A stretch of DNA of 64,000 nucleotides. Origin: an uncultured Gemmatimonadales bacterium. Its GTDB lineage: Bacteria > Gemmatimonadota > Gemmatimonadetes > Gemmatimonadales > GWC2-71-9. The stretch spans positions 992,001-1,056,000 of the forward strand of contig CAVZZO010000003.1 of assembly GCA_963779755.1 (NCBI GenBank), read 5' to 3'. The notes under the pieces are model-generated. The model was not told where the DNA came from. It did not search any database and worked only from the letters and a program-made list of their open reading frames with translations. The position numbers were made by a program, and so were the translations under genes. Numbering within the stretch: the first letter of the stretch is position 1; each line of letters starts with the position of its first letter. This document shows positions 43,412-53,700 of this stretch, piece by piece.

Positions 43412-44607
43412 ATCAGGGACTGGAACAGCGGCTCGCGGAAGCACTCGACACCTTTCGCCGGGAGAAGGTCTACAAGACCCTCAACTACATCGCCTCGCCC
43501 CAGGCGGCGCGCGTCCGGATGGAGGGTCGGGGCGAGGTCATCGTGCTCTCGTCCAACAACTATCTGGGCCTCTCCGACCAGGCGGAAGTAGTCGCCGCCG
43601 GCAAGCGCGCCCTCGATACCTTCGGGGCGGGCACCGCCTCGGTGCGGTTCATCTGCGGCACCTTCACCGTGCACCGCGACCTCGAAGCCGCCTGCGCCCG
43701 CCTGGTCGGCACCGCCGCCTCGCTCAGCTTCGTCAGCTGCTGGAACGCCAACGAGGCCGTCCCCGCCACCATCCTGGGCGAGAACGACCTCATCCTGAGC
43801 GACCAGCTGAACCACGCCTCCATCATCGACGCCATCCGGCTGGCCCGCAGCATCACCAGATGCGACAGCGCGGTGTATCAGCACGCCGACATGCAGGACC
43901 TGGAACGCAGGCTGCGGGGGGCGCGCCATCGCCGGACCCGGCTGGTCATCACCGACGGCATCTTTTCCATGGAAGGCGCCATCGCGCCGCTGCCCGACCT
44001 GGTGGACCTCTGCCGCAAGTACGACGCGGTGCTCATGGTGGACGATTCCCATGCCACCGGCGTGCTGGGCCAGCAGGGCCGCGGCACCGCCGAGCACTAC
44101 GGCATGCTGGGCGAGGTCGACATCATCACCTCGACTCTGGGCAAGGCCCTGGGGGGCGCGGCCGGAGGGTTCGCGGCCGGCAGCGAAGCGTTCTGCGATT
44201 TCCTCACCCAGCGTGCCCGGCCTCAGCTCTTCTCCAACGCCCTGCCCCCCACGGTCGCCGCAAGCGCCCTGGCCGCCGTCGAATTCCTGGAACAGCATCC
44301 GGAGCGGGTCGCCACGCTGCGGGAAAATGCCGACTACTTCCGCCAGCGCCTGCGCGAAGCAGGCTTCCAGCCTCTGCCGGGCGAGACCCCCATCATCCCC
44401 GTCATCCTGGGCGAAACCGCCAAGGCCATCGAGATGAGCCGCCGCCTGCTCGAGGAGGGCGTCTTCGTCACCGGGTTCGGCTACCCGGTTGTCCCCCAGG
44501 GTCAGGCCCGGATCCGCTGCCAGATCTCGGCGGCCCACAGCCGGGACGACTTGGATCAGGTTTTGCTTGCCATGAAGAAGGTCGGCGCCAGTCTGGGGCT
44601 GATCTGA
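43408..44607 (+). CDS. kbl: Glycine C-acetyltransferase (2-amino-3-ketobutyrate CoA ligase)
   Basis: SNNYLGL, ASVRFICGT, LNHASIID, DDSHATG, TLGKALGG, ARIRCQISA; ATGA overlap with tdh. Confidence 0.93.
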   Translation: MNQGLEQRLAEALDTFRREKVYKTLNYIASPQAARVRMEGRGEVIVLSSNNYLGLSDQAEVVAAGKRALDTFGAGTASVRFICGTFTVHRDLEAACARLVGTAASLSFVSCWNANEAVPATILGENDLILSDQLNHASIIDAIRLARSITRCDSAVYQHADMQDLERRLRGARHRRTRLVITDGIFSMEGAIAPLPDLVDLCRKYDAVLMVDDSHATGVLGQQGRGTAEHYGMLGEVDIITSTLGKALGGAAGGFAAGSEAFCDFLTQRARPQLFSNALPPTVAASALAAVEFLEQHPERVATLRENADYFRQRLREAGFQPLPGETPIIPVILGETAKAIEMSRRLLEEGVFVTGFGYPVVPQGQARIRCQISAAHSRDDLDQVLLAMKKVGASLGLI

Positions 44608-44636
44608 TCCGACCCGCACAGCTAAACAATTGCAGG

Positions 44637-44820
44637 TGAAAGAGTTGGGAAGCCGGAAGCGGCCCGTCCCCATTGACCGCCGCTCCCCGGCCGACCGGCC
44701 TCCGGGATTGTCCGGCACCGTAAGGTGCAATCCAACCCGGTAAAGTGCCGGACCGGACCTCAAGTACTTTAGAAGCTCCGGCCCCCAACTTTCAGCGGGT
44801 GAACAGCCTAGGCGTTCCTT
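44637..44820. ncRNA. Candidate rod-shaped structured RNA, possibly 6S-like; strand unresolved
   Basis: Nested long-range complementarity, a central unpaired region and an apical gcacc-gtaa-ggtgc hairpin, all found by manual inspection only. Confidence 0.3.
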
Positions 44821-44923
44821 GGGTATCGCGCTTTTCGCCGCCGCACGGTATGTTGGCGAAACGCGCCGTGGTCATCACCAGAGCGGTCCGGTCTCGCCGG
44901 ACCTTTCTCCGGAGGTCTTCCGA

Positions 44924-45592
44924 ATGCGGATGTTCACCCGAACCCTGATGCTGGCGGTCCTGGCAGGCGTGTGCACCGCCGGCACGCTCTCGGCCCAGCT
45001 GGGTATCAACCAGTTCCGCTGGTTCGTGGGGGCAAACGGCGGGGCGCTGATCTACGAGACACCGGCCCAGACCCGTGGCGCGATCCCCATGGCGGGCGGC
45101 AACGTGCTCATCACCGCGCGCCGGACGGCTCTCCTGCTCTCGGTCGAGGAGGGCTTCGCCAGTTCCCTCCAGTACAGTTCCTACACCGATCCCAGCGCCA
45201 GCGGCGGCTCGCGACTGGTCAGCTTCAACGACCTCCGGCGCTACTCGGCGGTGCTGATGGTGTATCCCCTGAAGTCGGCCATCCAGCCGTTCCTGGGTGC
45301 GGGGTTCGGCCTCCAGTATCTGCACAATCCCTGGCCCTATGGACCGTTCGCCACGCCGGATGAGCAGGCCAATGCCCGGCAGACGGCGGCGAATCTCGGC
45401 AGCACCGGGTACGGCACGTTCGTGGCCGGCCTGCAGCTCCAGGCCGGCGCCGTGGCGCTGTTCGGCCAATACCAGATCACCACTTCTCCCCCGGCGGGAA
45501 AACTGCTGATCGGCCCCACCCACGCGTTCACCGGCGGGCTGCGCGTAAGCCTGGGCGGCGCCAAGGAAGGGATAGCGTCCGGCGCACGCTGA
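44924..45592 (+). CDS. Exported beta-barrel-like protein
   Basis: Signal peptide ending TLSA-Q; QPFLGAGFG, FVAGLQL, FGQYQ and GGLRVSL strand patterns. Confidence 0.6.
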   Translation: MRMFTRTLMLAVLAGVCTAGTLSAQLGINQFRWFVGANGGALIYETPAQTRGAIPMAGGNVLITARRTALLLSVEEGFASSLQYSSYTDPSASGGSRLVSFNDLRRYSAVLMVYPLKSAIQPFLGAGFGLQYLHNPWPYGPFATPDEQANARQTAANLGSTGYGTFVAGLQLQAGAVALFGQYQITTSPPAGKLLIGPTHAFTGGLRVSLGGAKEGIASGAR

Positions 45593-45617
45593 GCTGACAC
45601 TGAAAAGACCGGCGCAG

Positions 45618-45648
45618 GAGGCGGCAGGGGCTGATCCCCTGCCGCCTC
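45618..45648. terminator. Terminator-like hairpin between convergent genes
   Basis: gaggcggcagggg-ctgat-cccctgccgcctc, a perfect 13-bp stem. Confidence 0.6.
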
Positions 45649-45653
45649 GTTGC

Positions 45654-46283
45654 TTACCGGCTTCCCGCCTTCCGGCCTTCCCGTCCTGACCGCCCCGACA
45701 CCCAGGGCGAGCCGGCCAGCACGAACCGCAGCGGCCAGTCCGCGGCTCTGGTGATCCCGATGCGCGGGGTGACCAGCACGTCGGTGGCCGGCGTCCCCTC
45801 GCGCACGACCACCGGCGCGCCGGGCATGGGCAGGCCGTCGAGCGCGCGGGAGATGCCCAGCGCCTGGGTGAGGCATCCAGGGCCGGCGCAGAGTCGCGCA
45901 TCCACGGCCGTGCCCCGCCGCCGGCGCATCACCGCCAGCCCCGACAGCGGCTCCAGCGCGCGCAACAGCACCGCGGAGCCGGTTTCCTGCTCGCGGCAGA
46001 CCAGGTTGGCGCACCAGTGCACGCCATAGGAGAGATAGACATACCAGGTGCCGGCCGGGCCGTAGAGCGCCTCGTTCATCCGGTTGCGCCGGAGGGCATA
46101 GGCGTGGGACGCGGGATCGTCCCGCCCCAGGTAGGCCTCGGTCTCCACGATGCGCGCCACGGTCCGGGCGCCGCCCACGCGCGACTCGATCATCATCCCC
46201 AGCAGGTCACGGGCGACCTCCGCGGCGTGCCGGGCGAAAAAGCCGACGGGCAGCGCCTTCGCTGCCCGTCGCCCTCCGCTCAC
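45654..46283 (-). CDS. mpg: DNA-3-methyladenine glycosylase (MPG/AAG family)
   Basis: RIVETEAY.G.DD.ASHA, YVYLSYGVHWCAN, AVLLRALEP, GPGCL, TPRIGI. Confidence 0.92.
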   Translation of the reverse strand: MSGGRRAAKALPVGFFARHAAEVARDLLGMMIESRVGGARTVARIVETEAYLGRDDPASHAYALRRNRMNEALYGPAGTWYVYLSYGVHWCANLVCREQETGSAVLLRALEPLSGLAVMRRRRGTAVDARLCAGPGCLTQALGISRALDGLPMPGAPVVVREGTPATDVLVTPRIGITRAADWPLRFVLAGSPWVSGRSGREGRKAGSR

Positions 46284-47929
46284 TCCGGCTTCTCCGTCGA
46301 GCCGCCCGCCTTCTTTCGCGGGCGCCTGGGGCGTCGTGGCTTGGCGGCCTTCTTTTCCGCCGCCGGTTTCGCTTCCCCGGCCGGAGCCTCGGCTTCGGGG
46401 GCGGCGGCTTCCTTGCTGGCCGTGGAGGCAGCTTTGCGCGCCCGGGACCGGCCGCCCTTCTTCGAGGTCTGCCGCTTCCGGGGCGCGGCCTCCGCCTTGG
46501 CGGCCGGTTCTTCTTCCACTTCCACCCGCACCACCCCTACCATGGGGATCTCGCCCCGGGGCTGCACGCCGCCGCGCGAGCCGCGCCGGAAGCGCAGGCC
46601 CATGCGCCGGGCCTGCGCCGCCGCTTCCGCGCCCCCTTCCGCCTCCAGGGGAGGCGCCGCCGCTTCCCCGGCGCCACCGGCCTCGGGCGCCGGGGCCTCG
46701 GGCGCGCCGGCCGCCGGCGTCGCCGCCGCCACCATGGCCCCGGGCCGCGGAGCAATCTCGTATTCGTTCTCACCCAGCTTGCGCAGATCGATGATCTCGG
46801 CATCATGCGCCTGGCGCAGGAAGCGGCCGAACCGTTCCTGATCCAGCATCGAGTCGTCCCGGCCGTGCAGGGCGGCCATCCGGAGCCGCAGACTCTCGCT
46901 GTCCACCGGCGTCGGCAGCTGCATCAGCGAGGAGCGCAGCAGGTCGAAGGCCTGCGCCAGGCTCAGGGCCTCCGTCGTGGCGGGCGCCGCAGCCGCGGCG
47001 CGGCTCTCGCCCTGGCCGCCCCGCCGCCCCCGGCCGCCGCGTCCCCGCCCGCGTCCGCGCCCGCGGCCTTCCTCCCGTTCGCCCTCCGCCGGGCGTTCGC
47101 GTGAGGCGGGGCGTTCGCGTTCGGCGGGGCGCTCGCGTTCGGCCGGGGGCGCCGGCGCCGCCGGTGCCTGGCCGGTGGGCGCCACCTCGAACTGCCCGTT
47201 GTCCATCTTGTGGACCTTGATCAGGCCCCGCTGGCCCGCCTCCGCCACGAACTTGCTGAAGCGGTTGAAGCCGGCGTTCTTCTCGTCGAAGTTGGGGTCG
47301 ATCTGCTGCATGACCTGCTTGAGCCGGTCGGACCGCATGACGTCGCGGTTCCGGCCCATCTGCGCCACCGCCTCGGTGGCCAGCTCCCACGGGTCGCGCT
47401 GCATGGACGGGGTGTCGACTTCGCGGGTGAGCCCCGCCAGGTCGTTATAGGAGTAGTACTCGTCGCAGTTCTGGATCAGCAGGTCGCTGGCCGATTCGCG
47501 GATCCCCACCCCGACGACGTACTTCCCGTACTCCTTCAGCTTGATCACCATGGTGCTGAAGTCGCTGTCACCTGAGAGCAGGATGAACGTTCCGATCTCG
47601 GGCCGGGTGAAGACCAGCTCGACGGCGTCGATGGCGAGGCGGATATCGGTCGCGTTCTTCTTGTTGGTGCCGAAGGCGGGCGCGAAGATCAGGTCGATCG
47701 ACGCCTCCGAGAGGGGCACGATGTACTGGGGATAGCGGCGCCAGTCGGCGTAGGCGCGCTGCACCGCCACCTTGCCCTTGATGATGTCGCTGTTGAGCAG
47801 CGCCTTCAGTTCCTTGGTGAGATCGGACCGGACGCCCAGGGTCACATTGTCGAAGTCGATGAGCAATGCGGCGTTGGGCGCATGGGCGGGGCGCTCGCCG
47901 CGGGGAACCAGATGTCGGGTATGTGTCAC
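46280..47929 (-). CDS. NYN-domain (PIN-like) ribonuclease with OST-HTH/LOTUS domain(s) and a basic tail
   Basis: [55 protein letters not shown] start overlaps the upstream stop. Confidence 0.85.
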   Translation of the reverse strand: MTHTRHLVPRGERPAHAPNAALLIDFDNVTLGVRSDLTKELKALLNSDIIKGKVAVQRAYADWRRYPQYIVPLSEASIDLIFAPAFGTNKKNATDIRLAIDAVELVFTRPEIGTFILLSGDSDFSTMVIKLKEYGKYVVGVGIRESASDLLIQNCDEYYSYNDLAGLTREVDTPSMQRDPWELATEAVAQMGRNRDVMRSDRLKQVMQQIDPNFDEKNAGFNRFSKFVAEAGQRGLIKVHKMDNGQFEVAPTGQAPAAPAPPAERERPAERERPASRERPAEGEREEGRGRGRGRGRGGRGRRGGQGESRAAAAAPATTEALSLAQAFDLLRSSLMQLPTPVDSESLRLRMAALHGRDDSMLDQERFGRFLRQAHDAEIIDLRKLGENEYEIAPRPGAMVAAATPAAGAPEAPAPEAGGAGEAAAPPLEAEGGAEAAAQARRMGLRFRRGSRGGVQPRGEIPMVGVVRVEVEEEPAAKAEAAPRKRQTSKKGGRSRARKAASTASKEAAAPEAEAPAGEAKPAAEKKAAKPRRPRRPRKKAGGSTEKPE

Positions 47930-49515
47930 GTAGCACTCTGCTCCAGGCCCACCACCTGCGCGAGCTCCCGTCGTTTCACTTTCCCGGTCCCGGTCAGCGG
48001 GAAAGTGTCGAAGAAGCGCACCAGGTCGGGTACCTTGTATTCCGCGAGATGTTCGCGACAGAACTCCTTGAGTTCGTCGCCGGTTATGATGGCGCCCTCC
48101 ACCGGCACCACGCAGGCGCAGACCAGCTCCCCGAGCACATCGTTGGGGATGCCCACCACACAGGCGTCGTCCACGCCGGGGTGCAGACGGAGCACATCTT
48201 CCACTTCCCTGGGCGTCACGTTGAGGCCGTTCCGGATCACGAGTTCCTTCCGGCGTCCGACGATCTGCAGGTAGCCGTCTTCGTCGATCAGCGCCAGATC
48301 GCCGGTGAGGAAGTACCCCTCGGACGTGTACGACCGGCTGGTCTCGGCCGGCATCCGGTGATAGCCCAGCAACAGGTTGGGGCCTCGCACCGCCAGCTCG
48401 CCCACGGCCTCCCGGCCGTGCAGCTCGCCGCTGGCGAGATCCGCCACCCTGACCTCCACGCCGGGCAGGGGCCGCCCCACCGTCTCCAGCCGCTTCGTAT
48501 CCGGGTCGTCGAAGCGGGTAACGCTGGTGGTGGGGCCCGTCTCGGTCAGGCCATACGCGATCTGGACGTCGCACCAGGCGCGGATGCGCCGGGCCAGGTC
48601 TGCCGAGACCAGGCTGCCGGCCACGATGCCGCTCCTGACGGACGAGAGATCGCGCCGCCCGAAACCGGGGTCGCGCAGCAGCAGCTGGAACATGGTGGGG
48701 ACGCCGTGGACCAGCGTGATCCGCTCACGCTCGATCAGGTCCAGCGCCTCCGCCGGTTCGAACCGCTCCTGCAGGACCAGCGTGCCACCGCCGCCCAGGG
48801 TACCGATGACGGTGCTCACGCCGAACACGGAGAAGAACGGCACCGCCGCCAGCACCCGCTCGGCCGGTCCGCTCCGCAGCACCTCGTTTACCGCCAGGGC
48901 GGTCCCCACCAGACTCTGGTGGGACAGCACCACGCCCTTCGGCTTACCCGTGGTGCCCGAGGTGTAGATCAGGGCCAGCGGAGTGGTGGCCGGGTCGCCC
49001 GGTTCCGGCAGCGCCCGCGCCCGCCCTCCCCGGCCGACCAGATCCTCGAACTGCAGGATCCGGTCGTCGTGCCAGAGCTCCTCCTTGCCGACCGTGATCA
49101 GGTAGTGCAGGTCGGGCAACTCCGGCAGCAGCTCGTCGAACCACTCCAGAAAATCCTGGCCGCCCCAGCTCTCGGCGATGATCGCCGCGCCGGCCTCGCA
49201 GTGCCGCAGCTGGTACTTGAGTTCGTGGTAGCTCAGGCCGGGGTCGAGCGGCACGACGGTAAGATCCAGCCGCGCCGCCGCCAGCAGGGCCACGACCCAC
49301 TCGGGCCAGTTGGGAAGATCGATCGCCAGGCGATCGCCCTCCCCCAGGCCGAGCTCGTGCAGCGCTCCGGCCAGGGCGGCGGCCTGCTCCGCCACCGCCC
49401 CATAGCTGAGCCGGACCGCCGGGCTCACCAGGAACTCCCGATCCGGATGCTGTTCCACGGCCTCCCGGAACAGCGTACCCAGGTGCAGCGATGCCAATGG
49501 CTCCTCCGACCGCAT
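47926..49515 (-). CDS. Class I adenylate-forming enzyme (acyl-CoA ligase)
   Basis: [37 protein letters not shown]. Confidence 0.9.
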   Translation of the reverse strand: MRSEEPLASLHLGTLFREAVEQHPDREFLVSPAVRLSYGAVAEQAAALAGALHELGLGEGDRLAIDLPNWPEWVVALLAAARLDLTVVPLDPGLSYHELKYQLRHCEAGAAIIAESWGGQDFLEWFDELLPELPDLHYLITVGKEELWHDDRILQFEDLVGRGGRARALPEPGDPATTPLALIYTSGTTGKPKGVVLSHQSLVGTALAVNEVLRSGPAERVLAAVPFFSVFGVSTVIGTLGGGGTLVLQERFEPAEALDLIERERITLVHGVPTMFQLLLRDPGFGRRDLSSVRSGIVAGSLVSADLARRIRAWCDVQIAYGLTETGPTTSVTRFDDPDTKRLETVGRPLPGVEVRVADLASGELHGREAVGELAVRGPNLLLGYHRMPAETSRSYTSEGYFLTGDLALIDEDGYLQIVGRRKELVIRNGLNVTPREVEDVLRLHPGVDDACVVGIPNDVLGELVCACVVPVEGAIITGDELKEFCREHLAEYKVPDLVRFFDTFPLTGTGKVKRRELAQVVGLEQSAT

Positions 49516-49539
49516 TGCAGCCGGGGAATCTAAAGGGGC

Positions 49540-50646
49540 TCAGGGGCCGGGGACTAGGGACAGGCTTCCACGCAGGACCGCCTCCACGATCCGCTCGCCG
49601 GCCCGGCCATCCCAGAATTCGGGCCGGCGGGGGCTCGCGGGATGGGCTCCGGCCTGGAGCACGCGGTCCACCGCCGTGCCGATGGCCTCCCGGCTGGAGG
49701 CCACCAGCCGGTTGGTCCCCTCGGTAATGGTCACCGGACGCTCGGTGCCGGGGCGGGCGGTGAGACAGGGCACGCCCAGCACCGTGGTCTCCTCCTGCAG
49801 GCCGCCGGAATCCGTGAGGACCAGGCGGGCCCGGTCCACCAGCGAGATGGTCTCGAGATAGCCCAGGGGGTCGGTGAGCCGTACCCGGGCGGCCAGCGCA
49901 CCCAGGCCGAACTCTTCCATGCGGGCGCGGGTGCGCGGGTGGATGGGAAAGACCACCTCCATGCGGCCGGCCAGATCGTCCAGGGCCTGGAGGATCTGGC
50001 TCAGCGTGGCGGGGTCGTCCACGTTGGACGGGCGGTGAAAGGTCACGAAAGCATAGGGGCCGCCGGCCACCCCCAGGCGCTCCGGCGCCCGGGCGGCCCG
50101 GGAGCGCTCCAGCAGATAGAGCAGCGTATCGACCATGACGTTGCCCACGAACTCGATACGACCGGGAGGAATGCCCTCGGCCGCCAGATTGGCATCGCCG
50201 TCCCGGCTGGGTGTGAGGCAGAGGTCGGCCAGCTGGTCGGTCAGGATGCGGTTCAGCTCCTCGGGCATGGTGCGGTCGCGGCTGCGCAGCCCCGCCTCGA
50301 CGTGGGCGATGCGGGTGCCCCGCTTGGCGGCCACCAGGGCGCACGCCACCGTGGAGTTGACGTCGCCATAGACCAGCACCCAGTCGGGCGCGTGCGCCTC
50401 CAGCACCGGCTCGAAGGCGATCATGATCCGGCCGGTCTGCACCGCGTGGCTGGCGGAGCCCACCTCGAGATTCACGTCCGGCTCCGGCAGATCCAGCTCG
50501 CGGAAGAACGTCTCGCTCATGGCGGCGTCATAGTGCTGGCCGGTGTGCACCAGCACCTGCTCGAGGCCGGCGGCGCGCGCGGCGCGCAGCACCGGCGCCA
50601 CCTTCATGAAATTGGGACGGGCACCGACGATGTGGAGGAGCTTCAT
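49540..50646 (-). CDS. wecB: UDP-N-acetylglucosamine 2-epimerase (non-hydrolysing)
   Basis: GARPNFMK, HTGQHYD, HVEAGLRS, PEELNR, TDSGGLQEE, TERP. Confidence 0.93.
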   Translation of the reverse strand: MKLLHIVGARPNFMKVAPVLRAARAAGLEQVLVHTGQHYDAAMSETFFRELDLPEPDVNLEVGSASHAVQTGRIMIAFEPVLEAHAPDWVLVYGDVNSTVACALVAAKRGTRIAHVEAGLRSRDRTMPEELNRILTDQLADLCLTPSRDGDANLAAEGIPPGRIEFVGNVMVDTLLYLLERSRAARAPERLGVAGGPYAFVTFHRPSNVDDPATLSQILQALDDLAGRMEVVFPIHPRTRARMEEFGLGALAARVRLTDPLGYLETISLVDRARLVLTDSGGLQEETTVLGVPCLTARPGTERPVTITEGTNRLVASSREAIGTAVDRVLQAGAHPASPRRPEFWDGRAGERIVEAVLRGSLSLVPGP

Positions 50647-50647
50647 T

Positions 50648-50797
50648 GCGGTGAGCGGTGAGCAGTGAGCGGTGAGCGGGAGACCGGATGGTCCACCGCG
50701 CTGGCGGGTACGGATCGGAGCAACCGGGAAACCGGGCCAGCCTCCCGGGAGGGGTGGAAGGTGATCGCCCGCTCACCGCTCACTGCTCACCGTTCAC
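50648..50797. repeat. Inverted pair of GCGGTGA-family heptamer repeats
   Basis: gcggtga-gcggtga-gcagtga-gcggtga (50648-50675) facing ccgctca-ccgctca-ctgctca-ccgttca (50769-50796). Confidence 0.9.
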
Positions 50798-51954
50798 AGT
50801 TGCGAGGCCTGCGGCAGATCCAGCTCGAAGAAGAACCGCGTTCCTGCGTTCGCGCCGGTCTCCACCTGCAGCTCCGAGCCCATGGCTTCGACCAGCTTGC
50901 GGCAAATGGAAAGGCCCAGGCCGGCACCGGAGAACTTGTAGTCGCCCCCGCCCTGGCGGCGGCGGAAGGGCTGAAAGAGGGTCTGCATGGCCTCGGGCGG
51001 AATCCCCCGGCCGGTATCGTGCACGGAGAACTCGACCCCGGTGCGCGATGTCTGGGCGGCGATGACCTTGACCATACCCTCGTCGGTGAACTTCAGGGCG
51101 TTGGTGGTGAGGTTGAGCAGCACCCGGCTCAGCGCCACCGGATGGCCGATGCGGAAATCGGACTCGGGCGGCACCAGCTGCAGCGAGAGTCCCTTCTCCT
51201 CGGCGATGGGCAGGACGATATCGCGGACCGACTCGAGAATGTCGTGAACCGAGAAGGGGATCGGATCGAGATCTACCAGGCGGTCGCCGCCGCGGGCCAG
51301 CTCGATCACGTCGCTGGCCATCGCGCTCAGGCCGAAGGCAGCGCTGTAGATGAGCCCGAGCTGGCGTTCCTGCACCTCGTTGATGGAACCGCTGCGGCCG
51401 CGCTGCAGCGTCTCGCCCAGGAAGAGAATGGAGGTGAGGGGCGAACGGATGTCGTGGGCCACCTCGACCACCAGCTCCAGCCCCTGCGGCCCGGACAGCT
51501 TGTCGACCATTTCCTGCGACCACCCGGGTTGCAGGCGCTCGTGGATCTGCTCCATGGCGCTGAGCACCCGGAGCAGGGCGTCGCCCGGCGGGGCGGTACC
51601 CTGCTGCTCCACCTCGGCCAGAAATTCCCGCCGGAGCAGGTGCAACAGCTCGCGGGCCACCGCCGCGCGGCCGGTATCGGCCAGTTCGGGCTCTTCGCCC
51701 TGAAGAACCTGGCGCAGCCCCCGGACCAGCCCGGTACAGGGGCAGTCGGATTCGGGCTCGGCCGGCCCGTCCGCCCGGGAGGCCCACTCGGCCAGGACCC
51801 GGACCCGGGCCCGTTCCAGCGCCTCGAGGAGGCGATCGGCCGCCCCCGGGCCGCCGGCCTCGTCGGGGCGCAGGGCTGCGCGCGCGGCCCCGCCCGCCCC
51901 TTCCGGGGCGCGCCGGGCTACACGCGTACGCTCATCCGCCGTTCGAGGGCCCAC
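50794..51954 (-). CDS. Cytoplasmic sensor histidine kinase
   Basis: AHDIRSPL, NLTTNALKF, DTGRGI, LFQPF, GAGLGL; no TM helix seen. Confidence 0.9.
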   Translation of the reverse strand: MGPRTADERTRVARRAPEGAGGAARAALRPDEAGGPGAADRLLEALERARVRVLAEWASRADGPAEPESDCPCTGLVRGLRQVLQGEEPELADTGRAAVARELLHLLRREFLAEVEQQGTAPPGDALLRVLSAMEQIHERLQPGWSQEMVDKLSGPQGLELVVEVAHDIRSPLTSILFLGETLQRGRSGSINEVQERQLGLIYSAAFGLSAMASDVIELARGGDRLVDLDPIPFSVHDILESVRDIVLPIAEEKGLSLQLVPPESDFRIGHPVALSRVLLNLTTNALKFTDEGMVKVIAAQTSRTGVEFSVHDTGRGIPPEAMQTLFQPFRRRQGGGDYKFSGAGLGLSICRKLVEAMGSELQVETGANAGTRFFFELDLPQASQL

Positions 51955-51964
51955 GCAGCTGCCT

Positions 51965-53497
51965 TCAGTCGCTGTTGCCAGTGATACCTTCGCGATTAAA
52001 TCTATGCTTGTCCATCAGCCGGTACAGGGTGGTCCGGTCGATACTGGCCAGCCGGGCCGCCTTGGACATGTTGCCCCCGGCTCGCGACACCAGACGAGTA
52101 AGGTATTCCCGCTCGAACTGGGCCACGATCTGGTCCTTGGCAACGTGATAGGCATCCTCCATCACCCCGGCTCCGAGACCGGACTCCACCGGCCACTGCT
52201 CGGAATCTTCATAGATGGGGATATCATCCGGCTGGATGTTCTGGTTGGGCTCGGCCAGCACGGCAACGTGCTCGATCACGTTCTGCAGCTCGCGCACATT
52301 CCCCCGCCAGGGCCGGGAGCGCAGAAAGGCGATGCTGGCCTCGCTCAAGGTGGGGATGCGGTCTCCCATCTGCCGGTGGCGCTGCCAGTAGTAGGTGAGG
52401 AAGTGGTTCGCCAGCAGGGAAATGTCCTCCTGCCGCTTGCGCAGAGGGGGCAGCCGGATGGGCACCACCTGCAGCCGATAGAAGAGGTCGCCGCGCAGGA
52501 CGCCGGTATTGACCGCATCCTGCGGGTCCCGGTTGGTGGCCGAGATGAACCGCACATCCACCACCGCATCCTGCTGCTCGCTGCCCACCCGCCGCACCAC
52601 GCCGTCCTGGATGACGCGCAGCAGTTTGGCCTGCAACGGGAGGCTCATCTCGGTCAGCTCGTCCAGGAAGAGCGTCCCGCCGTTGGTGGTCTCCAGCAGG
52701 CCGGGCTTGTCGCGGTCCGCGCCGGTGAAGGCGCCCTTGCGGTGCCCGAACATCTCGGACTCGAGCAGGGGTTCGGGGAGGGCGGCGCAGTTGATGGGCA
52801 TCAGGGTCCGGCTGGCGCGCCGGCTGTTCTGATGGATGAACTGGGCAATGACCTCCTTGCCGGTCCCGCTCTCGCCGCTGATCAGCACACTGGCATCGGT
52901 GGGCGCCACCTTGCGGGCCAGTTCCACCGCCTTTCGGAAGAGGGGCGAAATCCCGATCAGCGCGATGCTCTCGCTGTGCCCATGCTGGTTCATCAGCTGC
53001 AAGCGCAGCTCGCGCGTCTCCCGCGAGACCATCACCGCGTGCGAGGCCCGCCCGATCAGCACCTGCAGGTGCGTAGCGGAGAAGGGTTTGGGCAGATAGT
53101 CCCACGCGCCGGCCCGCAACGCCTCGATGCTGCTGGAGACGCTGGGGTTTCCGGTCATGACCACCACGATGGTGTCCTTGTTGGCCTGGAGCGTCGCGCG
53201 GAGGATGTCCATGCCGGAGCACTGCGACATGTACAGGTCCACCAGCATGATATCGAACCGGCGGCGTTTGACGGTATCCAGAGCCTCTTCGCCCCGGCCG
53301 ATCAGCGTGACATTGTAGCCGTCCATCTGCAGCACGCTGGCGCAGCTTTCCCGGAGTGTCCGCTCGTCATCCACAACCAGCACCTTGATGCTGGCCTTTA
53401 CCTCCGGAGGGATGGACAGCGGGTCGCGACCGGGCGCGTCAGGCGCTGAATCACCGACCCGGCCGTGCGGCTCGGCAAGCGAGGAACCCATGGGCAT
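51965..53497 (-). CDS. Sigma-54-dependent response regulator (NtrC family)
   Basis: Receiver domain (VVDDE, VDL, KPF), GESGTGKE, GAFTGA, LFLDE, WRGNVREL, Fis-type HTH. Confidence 0.95.
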   Translation of the reverse strand: MPMGSSLAEPHGRVGDSAPDAPGRDPLSIPPEVKASIKVLVVDDERTLRESCASVLQMDGYNVTLIGRGEEALDTVKRRRFDIMLVDLYMSQCSGMDILRATLQANKDTIVVVMTGNPSVSSSIEALRAGAWDYLPKPFSATHLQVLIGRASHAVMVSRETRELRLQLMNQHGHSESIALIGISPLFRKAVELARKVAPTDASVLISGESGTGKEVIAQFIHQNSRRASRTLMPINCAALPEPLLESEMFGHRKGAFTGADRDKPGLLETTNGGTLFLDELTEMSLPLQAKLLRVIQDGVVRRVGSEQQDAVVDVRFISATNRDPQDAVNTGVLRGDLFYRLQVVPIRLPPLRKRQEDISLLANHFLTYYWQRHRQMGDRIPTLSEASIAFLRSRPWRGNVRELQNVIEHVAVLAEPNQNIQPDDIPIYEDSEQWPVESGLGAGVMEDAYHVAKDQIVAQFEREYLTRLVSRAGGNMSKAARLASIDRTTLYRLMDKHRFNREGITGNSD

Positions 53498-53597
53498 CTC
53501 CTTGGTACGTCATCAGAAACAGACTGCTTGGCCTGGCCAGCGGCTGGAACGGGGACACCCCGGGATCCGGGCGTCCCCGCAGGACTGTTTCAAGGAT

Positions 53598-53700
53598 TGT
53601 GCGAGAATCCCACAAAGCACCGGGAGGTGATGGAGAAAGGGTCCAAGTCAGGCAATAGCGTGTGATTAGGACCACAGTCACATGTGGTAAACTAGCCACA
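53598..53700. promoter_or_regulatory. Three TGT-N10/12-ACA dyads, candidate enhancer-protein binding sites
   Basis: tgtgcgagaatcccaca (53598-53614), tgtgattaggaccaca (53661-53676), tgtggtaaactagccaca (53683-53700). Confidence 0.45.
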
